This document shows positions 24,035 to 33,255 of a stretch of DNA of 64,000 nt, one piece after another. The translations under genes were made by a program, and so were the position numbers. The notes below the pieces were generated by a model. It saw only the letters and a list, made by a program, of their open reading frames with translations. It had not been told where the DNA came from and made no database searches. Positions within the stretch are counted from its first letter, which is position 1; the number at the start of each line of letters is the position of its first letter. This DNA comes from Candidatus Latescibacterota bacterium (lineage in GTDB: Bacteria > Latescibacterota > UBA2968 > UBA8231). The DNA is taken from contig CBDETK010000013.1 of assembly GCA_965242865.1 (NCBI GenBank), forward strand, positions 1,568,001 through 1,632,000, written 5' to 3'.

Positions 24035-26362
24035 ATGTCCATTGCCTCCGCTCTCCTCGTCCTGCTCGCCGGTAGCGCGAGCGCGGACCAGTTGCGCTTT
24101 GACTCGGTGCGCGATTGGCGCGACTGGCAAGTGCCGGTGGGCGCGGTCCACCTCGCGGCCAGCGGTGCCATCCAGCCCGTGCGCGTGCAAAAAGGCGTAA
24201 ATGCCGTGCGCGACGCCCCGGCTTTTGGCGGCGGCATCCGCCGGGCCGGCTCCAACCCCGGCCAAGCCCGCGCCCTCCTCGACGGCAACCCCGCGACCGG
24301 CTGGGCACCCGACCCGACGGACGATCGGGCCGACTGGTTCGTGGAAATCGACCTCGGCCGCAGCGTCTCAGCGCACCGCATCGCGCTGGTCTTTGCCGAC
24401 GACGCGCCCCCTTTTGAGCTGTTCGACCTCTTGCTCTCGGCCGGCGAGCCTCAGCTCGACCACGTCGCCAACCCGGTCGCCGGCTCCCTGATCTACCGCA
24501 TTAAGGAACGCTTCAAAGAAAATGCGCGCCACCGCGTCGAGTATGCCCCGGGCGACGCGCTCTACCTGACGCCGATCCGCTACCTGCAAATCCGCAACCT
24601 CAAGCACGTTCCCGACGCTCGGCTCGTGGCCGTGGAGGTCGAGAGCATCGGCGACAATCTCATCCTCAACCTCATCGAGCGCGGCGGGTCCATCGACGTG
24701 GTCATCGACGCGTTTGTCCGCGCCGAAGAAGTTACCTTGGGCAACGCGCTCAACTTAGTCGATGGCTCCATCTTCGACCGCTGGCGCAATGGGCGCGAGC
24801 CGCGCAACACGTACAACACGTACAGCCACATCACGATCGACTTAGGGGCCGTTTATCCGGTGGATTTCGTGCGCCTGATTACCGGCGTGGCCATCCGCGG
24901 CGGCTTTGGCGAACACCTGCTGCGGACGCGGGCCGGGGCCAGCGGCGCGCGCTCCTTCAGCTACAAAAACTACGAGGTGCTCACCTCGGACGGCACCATC
25001 GCCCCGGATGGCACCCGAATATGGACGCGGCACTTTGCCGGCTACGCCAGCAGCGAAAACCACACCGCCGGGCTGGCCGACCACCAATTCCCCACCCTAC
25101 CGGCCCGCTACGTCCGCATCGTTTGGCTAATCTGGGATGCCACCTGTGCTGCGGCCCTGCCCGACGCGTCCTCGCGCTGGGGCTGCTACGCCAACGGCTC
25201 GACCGAAGAAATCCAAGTGTACGGGGAGGGCTATCCGCTCGCGGTGCGGATCGGCTCGCCGCTCATCGACTTGGGCCGCGGCAAAAACCTCAACTCAATT
25301 GAGTGGCAGGCCCAGACCCCGTTGGGCACCCACGTTGAAATCCGCTCTCGCACCGGCAACGAGGTCGTAGAGGAATACACTTTTTACGATAAAAACGGCC
25401 GACAAGTGACCCCGAAGCGCTACGACAAACTGATCCCCAGCTTCAAGGGCAAAATCGACACGACGCGCATCGCCGGCGCCGACTGGAGCCCCTATAGCAA
25501 CATCTACGGCGCGTCGGGCGCGGCCTTCTCGTCGCCTTCGCCGCGCCGCTTTATGGAACTCGAGGTGCGCTTGGTGTCCGACAGCCCAATGCAGGCACCC
25601 CGCTTCGACTGGCTGGCGGTCCACTTCAGCGACCCGCTGGCCTCCGCGGTCGTCGGCGAGGTGTTCCCCCTTGAAGTCGCGCCCGGGCAAAAGACCCGCT
25701 TTTCCTACTTCCTGCGGCCAGCGACGACCCAAGACGGCTTTGACCGGATCGCGATTGAGGCCTCGACCGGCCCCCAATTTGACGCCGCCTTTGTCGATGG
25801 CGAGCGGGTCGAGGTCGCCGTTGAGTCCCTCGCTCAGGGCTTTCGCGCCACTTTTCCGCGCCGCATTCGCAGCCGCCAACTCGTGGAGCTGCGCTTTGTT
25901 GCGCCGGTCTATGTGCAGGCGACCCGCTTTGACGCCTTTCTCGAAGACAGCCAAAAGACGCCGACGCGCCAACTCGTCGATCCGGGCGACGCCTCGCCCC
26001 AAGTCGAGAGCAGTTCCAACGTGGTGCGCCTGCCCATCGCCGACCAACTCTTTGCCGACCTCTCCTTCAGCCCCGCGCTCATCACGCCCAACGGCGACGG
26101 GATCAACGACCAGCTTCGCATCTCCTTTGACCTCATCAACGTGCTCTCCGCCCGCCCCTTGCACCTGCGAATCTACGATTTGTCCGGCCAGCCGCTTTTC
26201 ATGCAGGAGCAGGCCGGCCGAGCCGGCACCATCGCCTGGGACTGGGACGGCCGCGACTCGCACGGCCAGCGCGTCCCCCCCGGCCTCTACATCGCCGAGC
26301 TACAAGTCGCTGGCGACTCCGGCGATCGCAGCGCAAGGCGCGTCGTGGCCGTGGCTTACTAA
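24035..26362 (+). CDS. Secreted protein with discoidin-like domains and C-terminal FlgD-Ig-like domain (paralog 1)
   Basis: Signal peptide; LLDGNPATGW, EIDLGR, IDLGAVY; C-terminal ITPNGDGIND..IYDLSG..WDGRD..G..VPPGLY; ends VAVAY. Confidence 0.8.
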   Translation: MSIASALLVLLAGSASADQLRFDSVRDWRDWQVPVGAVHLAASGAIQPVRVQKGVNAVRDAPAFGGGIRRAGSNPGQARALLDGNPATGWAPDPTDDRADWFVEIDLGRSVSAHRIALVFADDAPPFELFDLLLSAGEPQLDHVANPVAGSLIYRIKERFKENARHRVEYAPGDALYLTPIRYLQIRNLKHVPDARLVAVEVESIGDNLILNLIERGGSIDVVIDAFVRAEEVTLGNALNLVDGSIFDRWRNGREPRNTYNTYSHITIDLGAVYPVDFVRLITGVAIRGGFGEHLLRTRAGASGARSFSYKNYEVLTSDGTIAPDGTRIWTRHFAGYASSENHTAGLADHQFPTLPARYVRIVWLIWDATCAAALPDASSRWGCYANGSTEEIQVYGEGYPLAVRIGSPLIDLGRGKNLNSIEWQAQTPLGTHVEIRSRTGNEVVEEYTFYDKNGRQVTPKRYDKLIPSFKGKIDTTRIAGADWSPYSNIYGASGAAFSSPSPRRFMELEVRLVSDSPMQAPRFDWLAVHFSDPLASAVVGEVFPLEVAPGQKTRFSYFLRPATTQDGFDRIAIEASTGPQFDAAFVDGERVEVAVESLAQGFRATFPRRIRSRQLVELRFVAPVYVQATRFDAFLEDSQKTPTRQLVDPGDASPQVESSSNVVRLPIADQLFADLSFSPALITPNGDGINDQLRISFDLINVLSARPLHLRIYDLSGQPLFMQEQAGRAGTIAWDWDGRDSHGQRVPPGLYIAELQVAGDSGDRSARRVVAVAY

Positions 26363-27249
26363 CTAATGGTGCTAGTGTTTTACAATCCGAACTCGGCGAT
26401 AGACAACGGGACGAATCCGTTTTCATCGGGTTGGAATCCATGCCACTGCACCCGCAGATTGAAGGCGGCCATGGCAAAGCTCAGATGGGCGGTGAAATAC
26501 GCCCACGCTCGATGGGTCTGCTGCTTAAAGCGGCGGGTTCGGGTGAGCATGGAAAAGATCGTCTCAATGAGCATCCGCTCGTTCCAAGTGTTCCGGGGAC
26601 ACACTTTCAGATTGGCCGGATCGCCCGCTTGGGCATGAAAGCCCTGGTCGCTGAGGACGATCATCTGCTGTTGGAAGCGTCGGATCATCGGATGAAAGAC
26701 CGAATCGTGGACTTATGCCGTGTTCCAATCCCAATCGACGATCCGCCCCCACTGATTGACGATCATACACAGCTTGCCGCCGACGATCCAACGGTGGTTG
26801 GAGAGCCCTTTCTTCCCAATGGCGTGCTGCGCCCGGCCTTGACGCACCGGATGGCGCAACTCAATGCCATAGCTGTCGACCACTCCCAAGGTCGTCAGCT
26901 CGGCGCGGAAGCGGTCGGTCCACTCGGCATGAGCGGCGAAGAGGCGAAACAAGCGGGGGCGCGATGGTAGGCGCGGGAACCAAGCCTGCCAGTCCCGCAC
27001 CAGCCAGCGGTAAAATGCCCGTTTACCCCCGCCTTTGAGCGCATACAACACCCCTAAGGTGACCACCTCACTCGGATATAAGGACGCTTGCGGGTGTTTG
27101 GGCACATCAAGCATCTGATTGTCAATGCGGTAGAACAGGGCTATTATAAACTCGGCCGTGGTCATCAGGACGCTCCGGGGCTGAAAGGTCAGAGATACCC
27201 TCAGCGTAGGAACTACCATGACCACGGTCAACATACTAGCACCATTGGT
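26362..27249 (-). mobile_element. IS982-like insertion sequence (888 bp)
   Basis: Terminal inverted repeats actaatggtgctagt / accaatggtgctagt (1 mismatch, 5'-AC ends). 5-bp target duplication TACTA at 26357..26361 and 27250..27254. Confidence 0.85.
26380..27165 (-). pseudogene. DDE transposase (IS982-like) with in-frame premature TAA at 26713..26715
   Basis: ORFs 26713..27300 and 26380..26688 are in the same frame (..WNTA*VHDSVFHPMIRR..). VVDS, LSDQGF and RMLIETIFS give the D,D,E triad. Confidence 0.85.
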
Positions 27250-27336
27250 TACTAGGTGCGCCTGATTTCCGGGCGACGATGCGGTTTGGGTTGCAAACAT
27301 TAGTCTGTTTCGTCAACTTGATTCTGTAGAAACCGA

Positions 27337-27852
27337 ATGATCGTAGCCGACGCTTCTCCATTGATCGTCCTCGCCAAGCTCCGGCACCTGAGACTCTTAA
27401 ACGACCTCTATGGCGAAGTGTTGATCGGACCTATCGTAAAAGCGGAAACAATTGATGCTGGTCAAGCTATCCGTGCCCGGGATGTGGAGCAGATCGAGGC
27501 TGCCCTAGAAGATGGCTGGCTACAGACGGTTCGCTTAACCGCACAGGAGCGCGACCTGATGCAGCGTCTGACGAGACGCTCGCGGCTAGACCAAGGCGAA
27601 GCCGAAGCCATTGCGCTGGCGAGCGTGCGGGGCCTGCGGCTGATCGTCGACGACAAGGAGGCCCGAAGCGTGGCTCTGGCCGCTGGAGTACAACACTTGG
27701 GCACGGCCGGCGCATTGTTGGAAGCGCACTGGCGGCAGTGTCTCGACTTGGGAGCACTGGAGGGCATACTGAGAGATCTCAGTCAGATCTTGTGGCTTTC
27801 CCCAGCCGTCGTAGCAGAAATACTGAGACTTGCACGGGAGGCAAAGCGATGA
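27337..27852 (+). CDS. PIN-domain toxin, DUF3368-type
   Basis: MIVADASPLI, LDQGEAEAIALA, IVDDKEAR, GTAGAL. Confidence 0.88.
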   Translation: MIVADASPLIVLAKLRHLRLLNDLYGEVLIGPIVKAETIDAGQAIRARDVEQIEAALEDGWLQTVRLTAQERDLMQRLTRRSRLDQGEAEAIALASVRGLRLIVDDKEARSVALAAGVQHLGTAGALLEAHWRQCLDLGALEGILRDLSQILWLSPAVVAEILRLAREAKR

Positions 27853-28172
27853 AGAAGGAACAGATGGTCGGCACTAGGCTCCCCGCGGAGTTGGTCCGCG
27901 AATTAGCGTTTATCGAGGATGTCGAGCAGTCCGATCGCTCAACCACGGTCCGCCGGCTGCTCTCGAAAGCGATCCAAGAATGGAAGCTCGAGCACTACGC
28001 CCGGCTGTATGGCGATGGCAAGCTCACGCTGGCCCGAGCGGCACGCGATGCGGGAGTCTCCTTGTGGGAGATGATGGATTATGCCCGTGCCAGAAAGGTG
28101 CCTGCTCAATACGACCTCAAAGATCTCCAGCGCGACTTGGGCACTATCAAGGGAAGCCCGAACCAGCCGTAA
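27849..28172 (+). CDS. Antitoxin, UPF0175-like (RHH + HTH)
   Basis: DRSTTVRRLL, LYGDGKLTLARAARDAGVSLWEM; ATGA overlap with the PIN gene. Confidence 0.85.
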   Translation: MKKEQMVGTRLPAELVRELAFIEDVEQSDRSTTVRRLLSKAIQEWKLEHYARLYGDGKLTLARAARDAGVSLWEMMDYARARKVPAQYDLKDLQRDLGTIKGSPNQP

Positions 28173-28187
28173 ACGCTCTATGGCCTG

Positions 28188-28754
28188 TCACCCCCACACA
28201 AAAAACGCGGCTAACAGCGCGATCCACACTGCCTCTAGGAAATGCCAGTACGCCGCACAGGCCCGCACTGAAAAGAGGTGTTCGCTGTCGAGCCGATTCG
28301 CGCGTGCCTTCCACGCCAGCGCCGACAACGGCACCATCCCGCCGACCACGTGGAGTGCGTGGACCACGACCAGCGCGAACGCAATGCCGTAGGCACTCGC
28401 CTCCAGCGCCCGGTGGCGGTCGAGTAGCTGCATCAGCGCCGGCACCTGTGCGGCGATAAACAGCGCGCTCGTCACCCAAGCCCGGACCAGCCACCGCCGC
28501 AGCAGCGGGAAGTGCCCGCGCCGAGCATTCTGCGTCGCCTTGTACATGGCCAGCCCCGCGCCCAACAGCACGACCGTCGAAACGCCCAGTGCCAGCGGCA
28601 GCTCAATGCGCTCGCTCCCCTGTAACGCCGGGCTAGTCAGCCGCAGGTAAGCAAAGGCCGCGATGCTGGCCCCAAAGAGCACGGCCAGCGAGCTCAAAAA
28701 CAGGGTCAGGCCCAACTGGCGCCGCCCCCGCAGATCGGGCGAGTTCCAGCTCAT
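28188..28754 (-). CDS. Cytochrome c oxidase subunit III family membrane protein (orphan)
   Basis: LFLSSLAVLFG, STVVLL, VHALHVVGG, AYWHFLEAVW; five hydrophobic helices. Confidence 0.8.
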   Translation of the reverse strand: MSWNSPDLRGRRQLGLTLFLSSLAVLFGASIAAFAYLRLTSPALQGSERIELPLALGVSTVVLLGAGLAMYKATQNARRGHFPLLRRWLVRAWVTSALFIAAQVPALMQLLDRHRALEASAYGIAFALVVVHALHVVGGMVPLSALAWKARANRLDSEHLFSVRACAAYWHFLEAVWIALLAAFFVWG

Positions 28755-29539
28755 CCCCAGCGATACTCAGGCGGGTCGAACACAAACCCGTGGAAAAAGC
28801 GCCGTTGCGCGGGCGCGAGCCCCTGCAAGAACGCTCGGTCGTAGCGCCACTGCTCTGCACACGCCAGCATCCACGGGTGTTCGTACCCATAGTACAGCAT
28901 CACCCGCTTGCCCCCGCGGCGCACAAAAGGGCCGGCCGTATGCCACATGGCGTTGTGAAAGAACATCGCTGTCCCCGGGCCGCCGCAGATTTGGATGGCC
29001 CCGGCCTGCAAGTCCTCGGCCGTCAGCTCGACCCGCGCCTTATGGCTTTTTGGCACCAAGGTCAGGTTGCCTTGGTCCGGCGCGCTCATGTCGCTTAGGT
29101 AATAGCCGACCTTGAACTGCAACAGGGGGATGGGCGATCCGAGGTTGCGAAAGCCATCCTGAATCCCGTCGATGTGCCACCCCTGCCCGTGGTGCTCGGC
29201 TGGTTCAACCTCGTAGAAGGCGTCCGTTGAGTGTAGATGCGGCATGGTATTAAAGAGCGCGTGGACGTAGGCCATCATCGGCTCGTAGGAGAGCATGTCC
29301 AAAAAGAGCGGGTCCTCGGCCAGCAGGTGCATGACCCGCACCGCACCCGAATCGAGCCGATCCGCAAAGGCAGGTTCGCGTTCGCGCCGGAACTCGGGCG
29401 CTCGTCGCCGCGCAATGACCCGCTCTAAGGCCGCCGACAGGGCCGCGACCCGCTCGGGCGCAAGGAAGTCTTCTAGCACCAAGTACCCGTTGTCGTCAAA
29501 GAAAGCGCGTTCTGCGGCCGTGGGGTGACTTTCGGTCAT
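28751..29539 (-). CDS. Phytanoyl-CoA dioxygenase (PhyH) family protein
   Basis: FFDDNGYLVLEDFL, WHID, GNLTLVPKSH, GTAMFFHNAMWH. Confidence 0.9.
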   Translation of the reverse strand: MTESHPTAAERAFFDDNGYLVLEDFLAPERVAALSAALERVIARRRAPEFRREREPAFADRLDSGAVRVMHLLAEDPLFLDMLSYEPMMAYVHALFNTMPHLHSTDAFYEVEPAEHHGQGWHIDGIQDGFRNLGSPIPLLQFKVGYYLSDMSAPDQGNLTLVPKSHKARVELTAEDLQAGAIQICGGPGTAMFFHNAMWHTAGPFVRRGGKRVMLYYGYEHPWMLACAEQWRYDRAFLQGLAPAQRRFFHGFVFDPPEYRWG

Positions 29540-32500
29540 TTTCTGTCTCCGATGTTAGTGCTTGGTGTGTCCTCGAGAATTTTCGCCACGTAATCGTACG
29601 GGCCGGTGCGCTCGGGAAAGAGGATGTGCGCTTGGGCGAAGCGTTCCCGGTCCCACGATCCATCATCGTACCGCTTGTGTAACTCATTGTATGGCGTCGC
29701 CGAAATGATGAAGGAGTCGAGGTGTACGTTTGGTACGTTGGAGCGCTGGGATATGTCGCGGGCTAAGGCCGGCAACCGCTCGTGCAGGCGCGCTTTGTCG
29801 TCGTGCTGGTACGCATTGGCCTGAAGCATCCCGTGCGGCTCGACGAACACGATGCGCTGGGCGTCGTCGGTTTTAATCCAGAGAATGAAGTCGGGGTAGA
29901 AGCCGCTGGTCTCAAAGAACCCCACCCCTTGGCCGCGGCTCAGATTCCGCAGCAGGAAGACCTCCGCGCCGGCCAGTGCGTTGCCTTGCTTTTCTTGCCA
30001 GTATGACCGCAAGTCCCGCACGAATTGCTGTTCGCTTTCGTTTAACCCCGGCGGAGATACTTTTACTTTGTCATCGCTTAGTAGCAGCGGTTGATAGAAG
30101 TGCCGGTCAAAATGGATGCGCGGCAAAGCACCCGCCGCGGCCTCGTCGTCGTACAGTGCCCGGCTGTCCGCGATGAGTGCTTCAATGCCCTGTATCAATG
30201 CGGTCTCCGACCGCGGTACGCCGACCTTGTACTGGCCAGCGGGGCTGTCATCGGCCTCGCTGACGTTAAACCGCAGATTGGGCTCGCGCTCGTCCAGCGT
30301 CTTATAGACCAAGTTTGCTGAATCCCACTGCTCGCGCCGGTGCCGATAGAGCGCGTCCGCGTATTTCCGCACGATGTTAGTCGCCGCCTCTTGCAGCCGC
30401 TCCAAGTCGTCGAGACTTTGCGGATGTACTACGGTATCCTCCGCTATCAGGCGATACAACGCGCCGGATTGCAAAATTTTTCGCGGCGCGTCCGGTTGGA
30501 CGAGCAAGTTCCCCCACCCCCTTTGCTCCTTGTATGCAATCAGAGCGAGATGGACGCTTTCCCAATCCACCAGCGCAAGGCTTTCGGGCGGTATGGCTCG
30601 CCCTTCTGCGCCGGCACTCGCCTCGGCCTCCATTGACCCCCCTTCGCTGCTAGCCAGCCGGTGTACCTTTGCGGACATATCAACGGACACTCGGCGCACA
30701 GCCGAATCGGGCTCCAGCATAACCGCTTTATCGGCGACGAAATCCCGCCCATCGTTCACCCGGGGGATGACCAGCCCCTTATTCAGAAAATCCTCGTTGG
30801 GCCTAATGGAAAACGGCAGTTCCAACACCCCATCCAGTTCCACGCCTTCCCGCTCTAGATAATCTCGGAATTGGGCCATGTAGTTGGCGCGGACGGCAAA
30901 AATGTTCAGGGTTTCCAGCAACTTGATGCAATCGGGATGTTCGCCGTCCAGCGCGGAACTGCGCTTCAGCGTCATATCCCGACCGCGCAAACGGACGCCG
31001 CGCCCGAATAACTGGATTATCTGCGATCCCTCGCTCCGGCCAATGTTGAGCAGCCCCATGTTGGACACGCGCCAAGAATCCCAACCCTCGATAAATTTTT
31101 TGGCGCCAATCAGCACCTCAATCGTCGTCCCCGGATCGTTGAGCCTGTCAAACAGGGAGCCGGCGAACGCATCCTCCTCAAGGACAATGCCGGCGTTGGC
31201 CGCCGCGACCAGCTTCTTGAATTTTGTCGTATCTCCGATGTAAATGAGGCCGAAGTAATCCTCCGCCCCGCCGACTTTGAGCCCTAATTCGCCGCTGCTG
31301 CCGCGTATATCGCACAGGTGTAGCCCACTACCGGCAGAAGCGTGCAACACCTTCTCCAGTATATCCCGATACACTGCGGCCGCATCCCGCCCGCGCAGGT
31401 ACTCAAACTTGTCGGCGAAAATGTCGTTGCCATCCGCGTCGCGCAGGTCTGAACTGCCCGCCAGCAACTGTTCAATCGCATCCGTCGCCCAAGTAGCATC
31501 CGCTATTAGCCGATGCAGGAACCGCACCACCGTCAGAATGTCGCTCCGGGATTGGCGTTTTTCCGTATAGACCGCGTTGACGCTGCTGCCGACGAAAACC
31601 CACAGGGGCCGAGCCAGATTGTAGGGCCGGAACGCCTCGCCCTGATCGGCAAAGACGAGTTGCTGCTCGTAAAAGGAGAGCAGGTTGGCGAGCAACAGCC
31701 TATCGGTCTGGTCCGCGGTCGTCTCTTCCCGCAAGTTGAGGATGTGGAAGTCCTTGCCGTAGCCATCGCCGTAGAAATAGCGGTAGGAATAGTCAAACGC
31801 GATGGCTTTGCCGTATTCGGCCGTCAGATCGTCGTTCCGCGCCGCGGTCAGCGCTTGCCCAAAGGTCGCGCTGTACTCAAAGGTGAACCCGGTCTCGCCC
31901 AGCGCGTCGCGAACTTTGCGCCACGCTTCGCCGCCGGAGCCTTTGTGCCCTTCATCGACAAAAATCAGGTTGTGGCCTTCAAACGCCTCTACGGGTACGC
32001 GCATCCCACCGCCCCGCTTTTCCTCAACCAACTTGGTAATCTCGGTGACCTCAATGGCGTTTCGCCCAGACCCCAGCAGGCTGCTTTTGTTGGGTTCAAA
32101 CCGCGACGCGGGGATGTTGGACGCTTGCAGTTCCGCCAAATGCTGCTCGCTCAGCCCTTCGTTAGGCGTAATCAACAGGATGTTGTCCAATGCCTTGCTG
32201 TTGTAATGGAGAAACTGCCGGTAGTTCAGGTGCATGATGAGCGTCTTGCCGCTGCCGGTGGCCATCCAGAACGCCAGTTTGCCCAAATCCGCCGCGGCAA
32301 ATTCGGTTTCCCGTGCCTCTTGGGCGTGACGGTTGACGTTGCGCCGCCTGACCAAATCGTTCAGCGAGCGCAGCAAGGCGACGCGGCGATTGAAAGACCA
32401 ATCGAGAAAAATTTCAGTGTATAGGGCTGCCAGATATTGGAAGTAGCGCAGGGAGATGGGCTGACTGCGGCCGGCGTTCATGGCCGCCAGATGCTTGCGG

Positions 32501-32748
32501 ATATTGGCGTCGTACTGCGCCAAGTCCTCCAGCGAAATGTCCTTTAGGCGGCTCGATTGGGACGCCAACCGGGCGTAGAGGTGGCTGCGGCCCTCGGCGT
32601 CAAAGCCTTCGTCGGCTTGCTTTATGTCCGCTAAGAGATCGCGGTTCTCTGTGTAGCCCAGCCGTTCGTTCAGCCAAGCCAATAGAACCAGTCGCCGTTC
32701 TAGACTGGCATAGTCGCTTGGTCGAGATTGGGGTCGTCGGCGCGGCAT
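29536..32748 (-). CDS. res: Type III restriction-modification Res subunit (SF2 helicase + PD-(D/E)XK nuclease)
   Basis: MATGSGKT, VDEGH, EYSATF, EGWD, IIQLFGRGVRL, FYPDFILW...FVEPHG. Confidence 0.9.
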   Translation of the reverse strand: MPRRRPQSRPSDYASLERRLVLLAWLNERLGYTENRDLLADIKQADEGFDAEGRSHLYARLASQSSRLKDISLEDLAQYDANIRKHLAAMNAGRSQPISLRYFQYLAALYTEIFLDWSFNRRVALLRSLNDLVRRRNVNRHAQEARETEFAAADLGKLAFWMATGSGKTLIMHLNYRQFLHYNSKALDNILLITPNEGLSEQHLAELQASNIPASRFEPNKSSLLGSGRNAIEVTEITKLVEEKRGGGMRVPVEAFEGHNLIFVDEGHKGSGGEAWRKVRDALGETGFTFEYSATFGQALTAARNDDLTAEYGKAIAFDYSYRYFYGDGYGKDFHILNLREETTADQTDRLLLANLLSFYEQQLVFADQGEAFRPYNLARPLWVFVGSSVNAVYTEKRQSRSDILTVVRFLHRLIADATWATDAIEQLLAGSSDLRDADGNDIFADKFEYLRGRDAAAVYRDILEKVLHASAGSGLHLCDIRGSSGELGLKVGGAEDYFGLIYIGDTTKFKKLVAAANAGIVLEEDAFAGSLFDRLNDPGTTIEVLIGAKKFIEGWDSWRVSNMGLLNIGRSEGSQIIQLFGRGVRLRGRDMTLKRSSALDGEHPDCIKLLETLNIFAVRANYMAQFRDYLEREGVELDGVLELPFSIRPNEDFLNKGLVIPRVNDGRDFVADKAVMLEPDSAVRRVSVDMSAKVHRLASSEGGSMEAEASAGAEGRAIPPESLALVDWESVHLALIAYKEQRGWGNLLVQPDAPRKILQSGALYRLIAEDTVVHPQSLDDLERLQEAATNIVRKYADALYRHRREQWDSANLVYKTLDEREPNLRFNVSEADDSPAGQYKVGVPRSETALIQGIEALIADSRALYDDEAAAGALPRIHFDRHFYQPLLLSDDKVKVSPPGLNESEQQFVRDLRSYWQEKQGNALAGAEVFLLRNLSRGQGVGFFETSGFYPDFILWIKTDDAQRIVFVEPHGMLQANAYQHDDKARLHERLPALARDISQRSNVPNVHLDSFIISATPYNELHKRYDDGSWDRERFAQAHILFPERTGPYDYVAKILEDTPSTNIGDRK

Positions 32749-32850
32749 CGCTAGGCCCCTTCATTGCGGGGACAGGCACGGGGGCCTGCCCCTATCCGGG
32801 TTGGGCGCGGCATCGCTAGGGTCCTTTCCTAGCCATAGCTTCCAACTGAC
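32740..32850. repeat. Junction module copy 1: res 5' start + GTAG-type REP (family C) + HEPN 3'-end remnant
   Basis: gcgcggcatcgctaggccccttcattgcggggacaggcacgggggcctgcccctat...cttccaactgac aligns with 36448..36562. Confidence 0.85.
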
Positions 32851-32951
32851 CTCAGGGTGGACCATCCGCGTTCTGCGGCCGTATCGACCGAGTGGCTTGC
32901 GAGATACCGCTTTAGTGGCCTTGGGACACCTTGGTCAAACAGGATTTTCAC
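32829..32951 (-). pseudogene. Truncated DUF5615/PIN-like toxin
   Basis: GTG 32951 overlaps the DUF433 end and reads VKILFDQGVPRPLKRYLASHSVDTAAERGWSTL, then runs into the HEPN remnant and stops after 40 codons. Confidence 0.75.
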
Positions 32952-33168
32952 TGAAATTTCTCAGGGCCTTTGATTCGTGATCCAGAACGGCTTTCACCTG
33001 CCACTCTTCAACGCCGTGAAACCAATTGAGAAACTGCTCGGTGGAAGCTCCCTCTCGCAGATTCTCAAACAGGGCATATACGGGAACGCGCGTTCCGCGA
33101 AACACCCAAGTTCCGCTCACTTTGTCGGGATGTCGTTCGATAGCCGTGCATGTATCCCAATTCAGCAT
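32935..33168 (-). CDS. DUF433 antitoxin-like protein
   Basis: IERHPDKVSGTWVFRGTRVPVYALFENL..GAS.EQFL.WF. Confidence 0.88.
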   Translation of the reverse strand: MLNWDTCTAIERHPDKVSGTWVFRGTRVPVYALFENLREGASTEQFLNWFHGVEEWQVKAVLDHESKALRNFSENPV

Positions 33169-33190
33169 GAGATCACCTGATGCCTTTCTG

Positions 33191-33255
33191 TTTCGCATTC
33201 ATCTTGCCTCCTCCGCGAACATCCGCGTCTTGAACACCGGCTCTACCGCTGTGGC
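33191..33255. repeat. mod 3' end + MNAK start codons, duplicated at 37224..37288
   Basis: 65-bp alignment with 6 mismatches (counted by eye). Confidence 0.9.

Noticed and set aside
26713-26715. Programmed readthrough (Sec/Pyl) in the transposase
   Set aside because: The stop is TAA, not TGA or TAG, so a nonsense mutation is the simplest reading.
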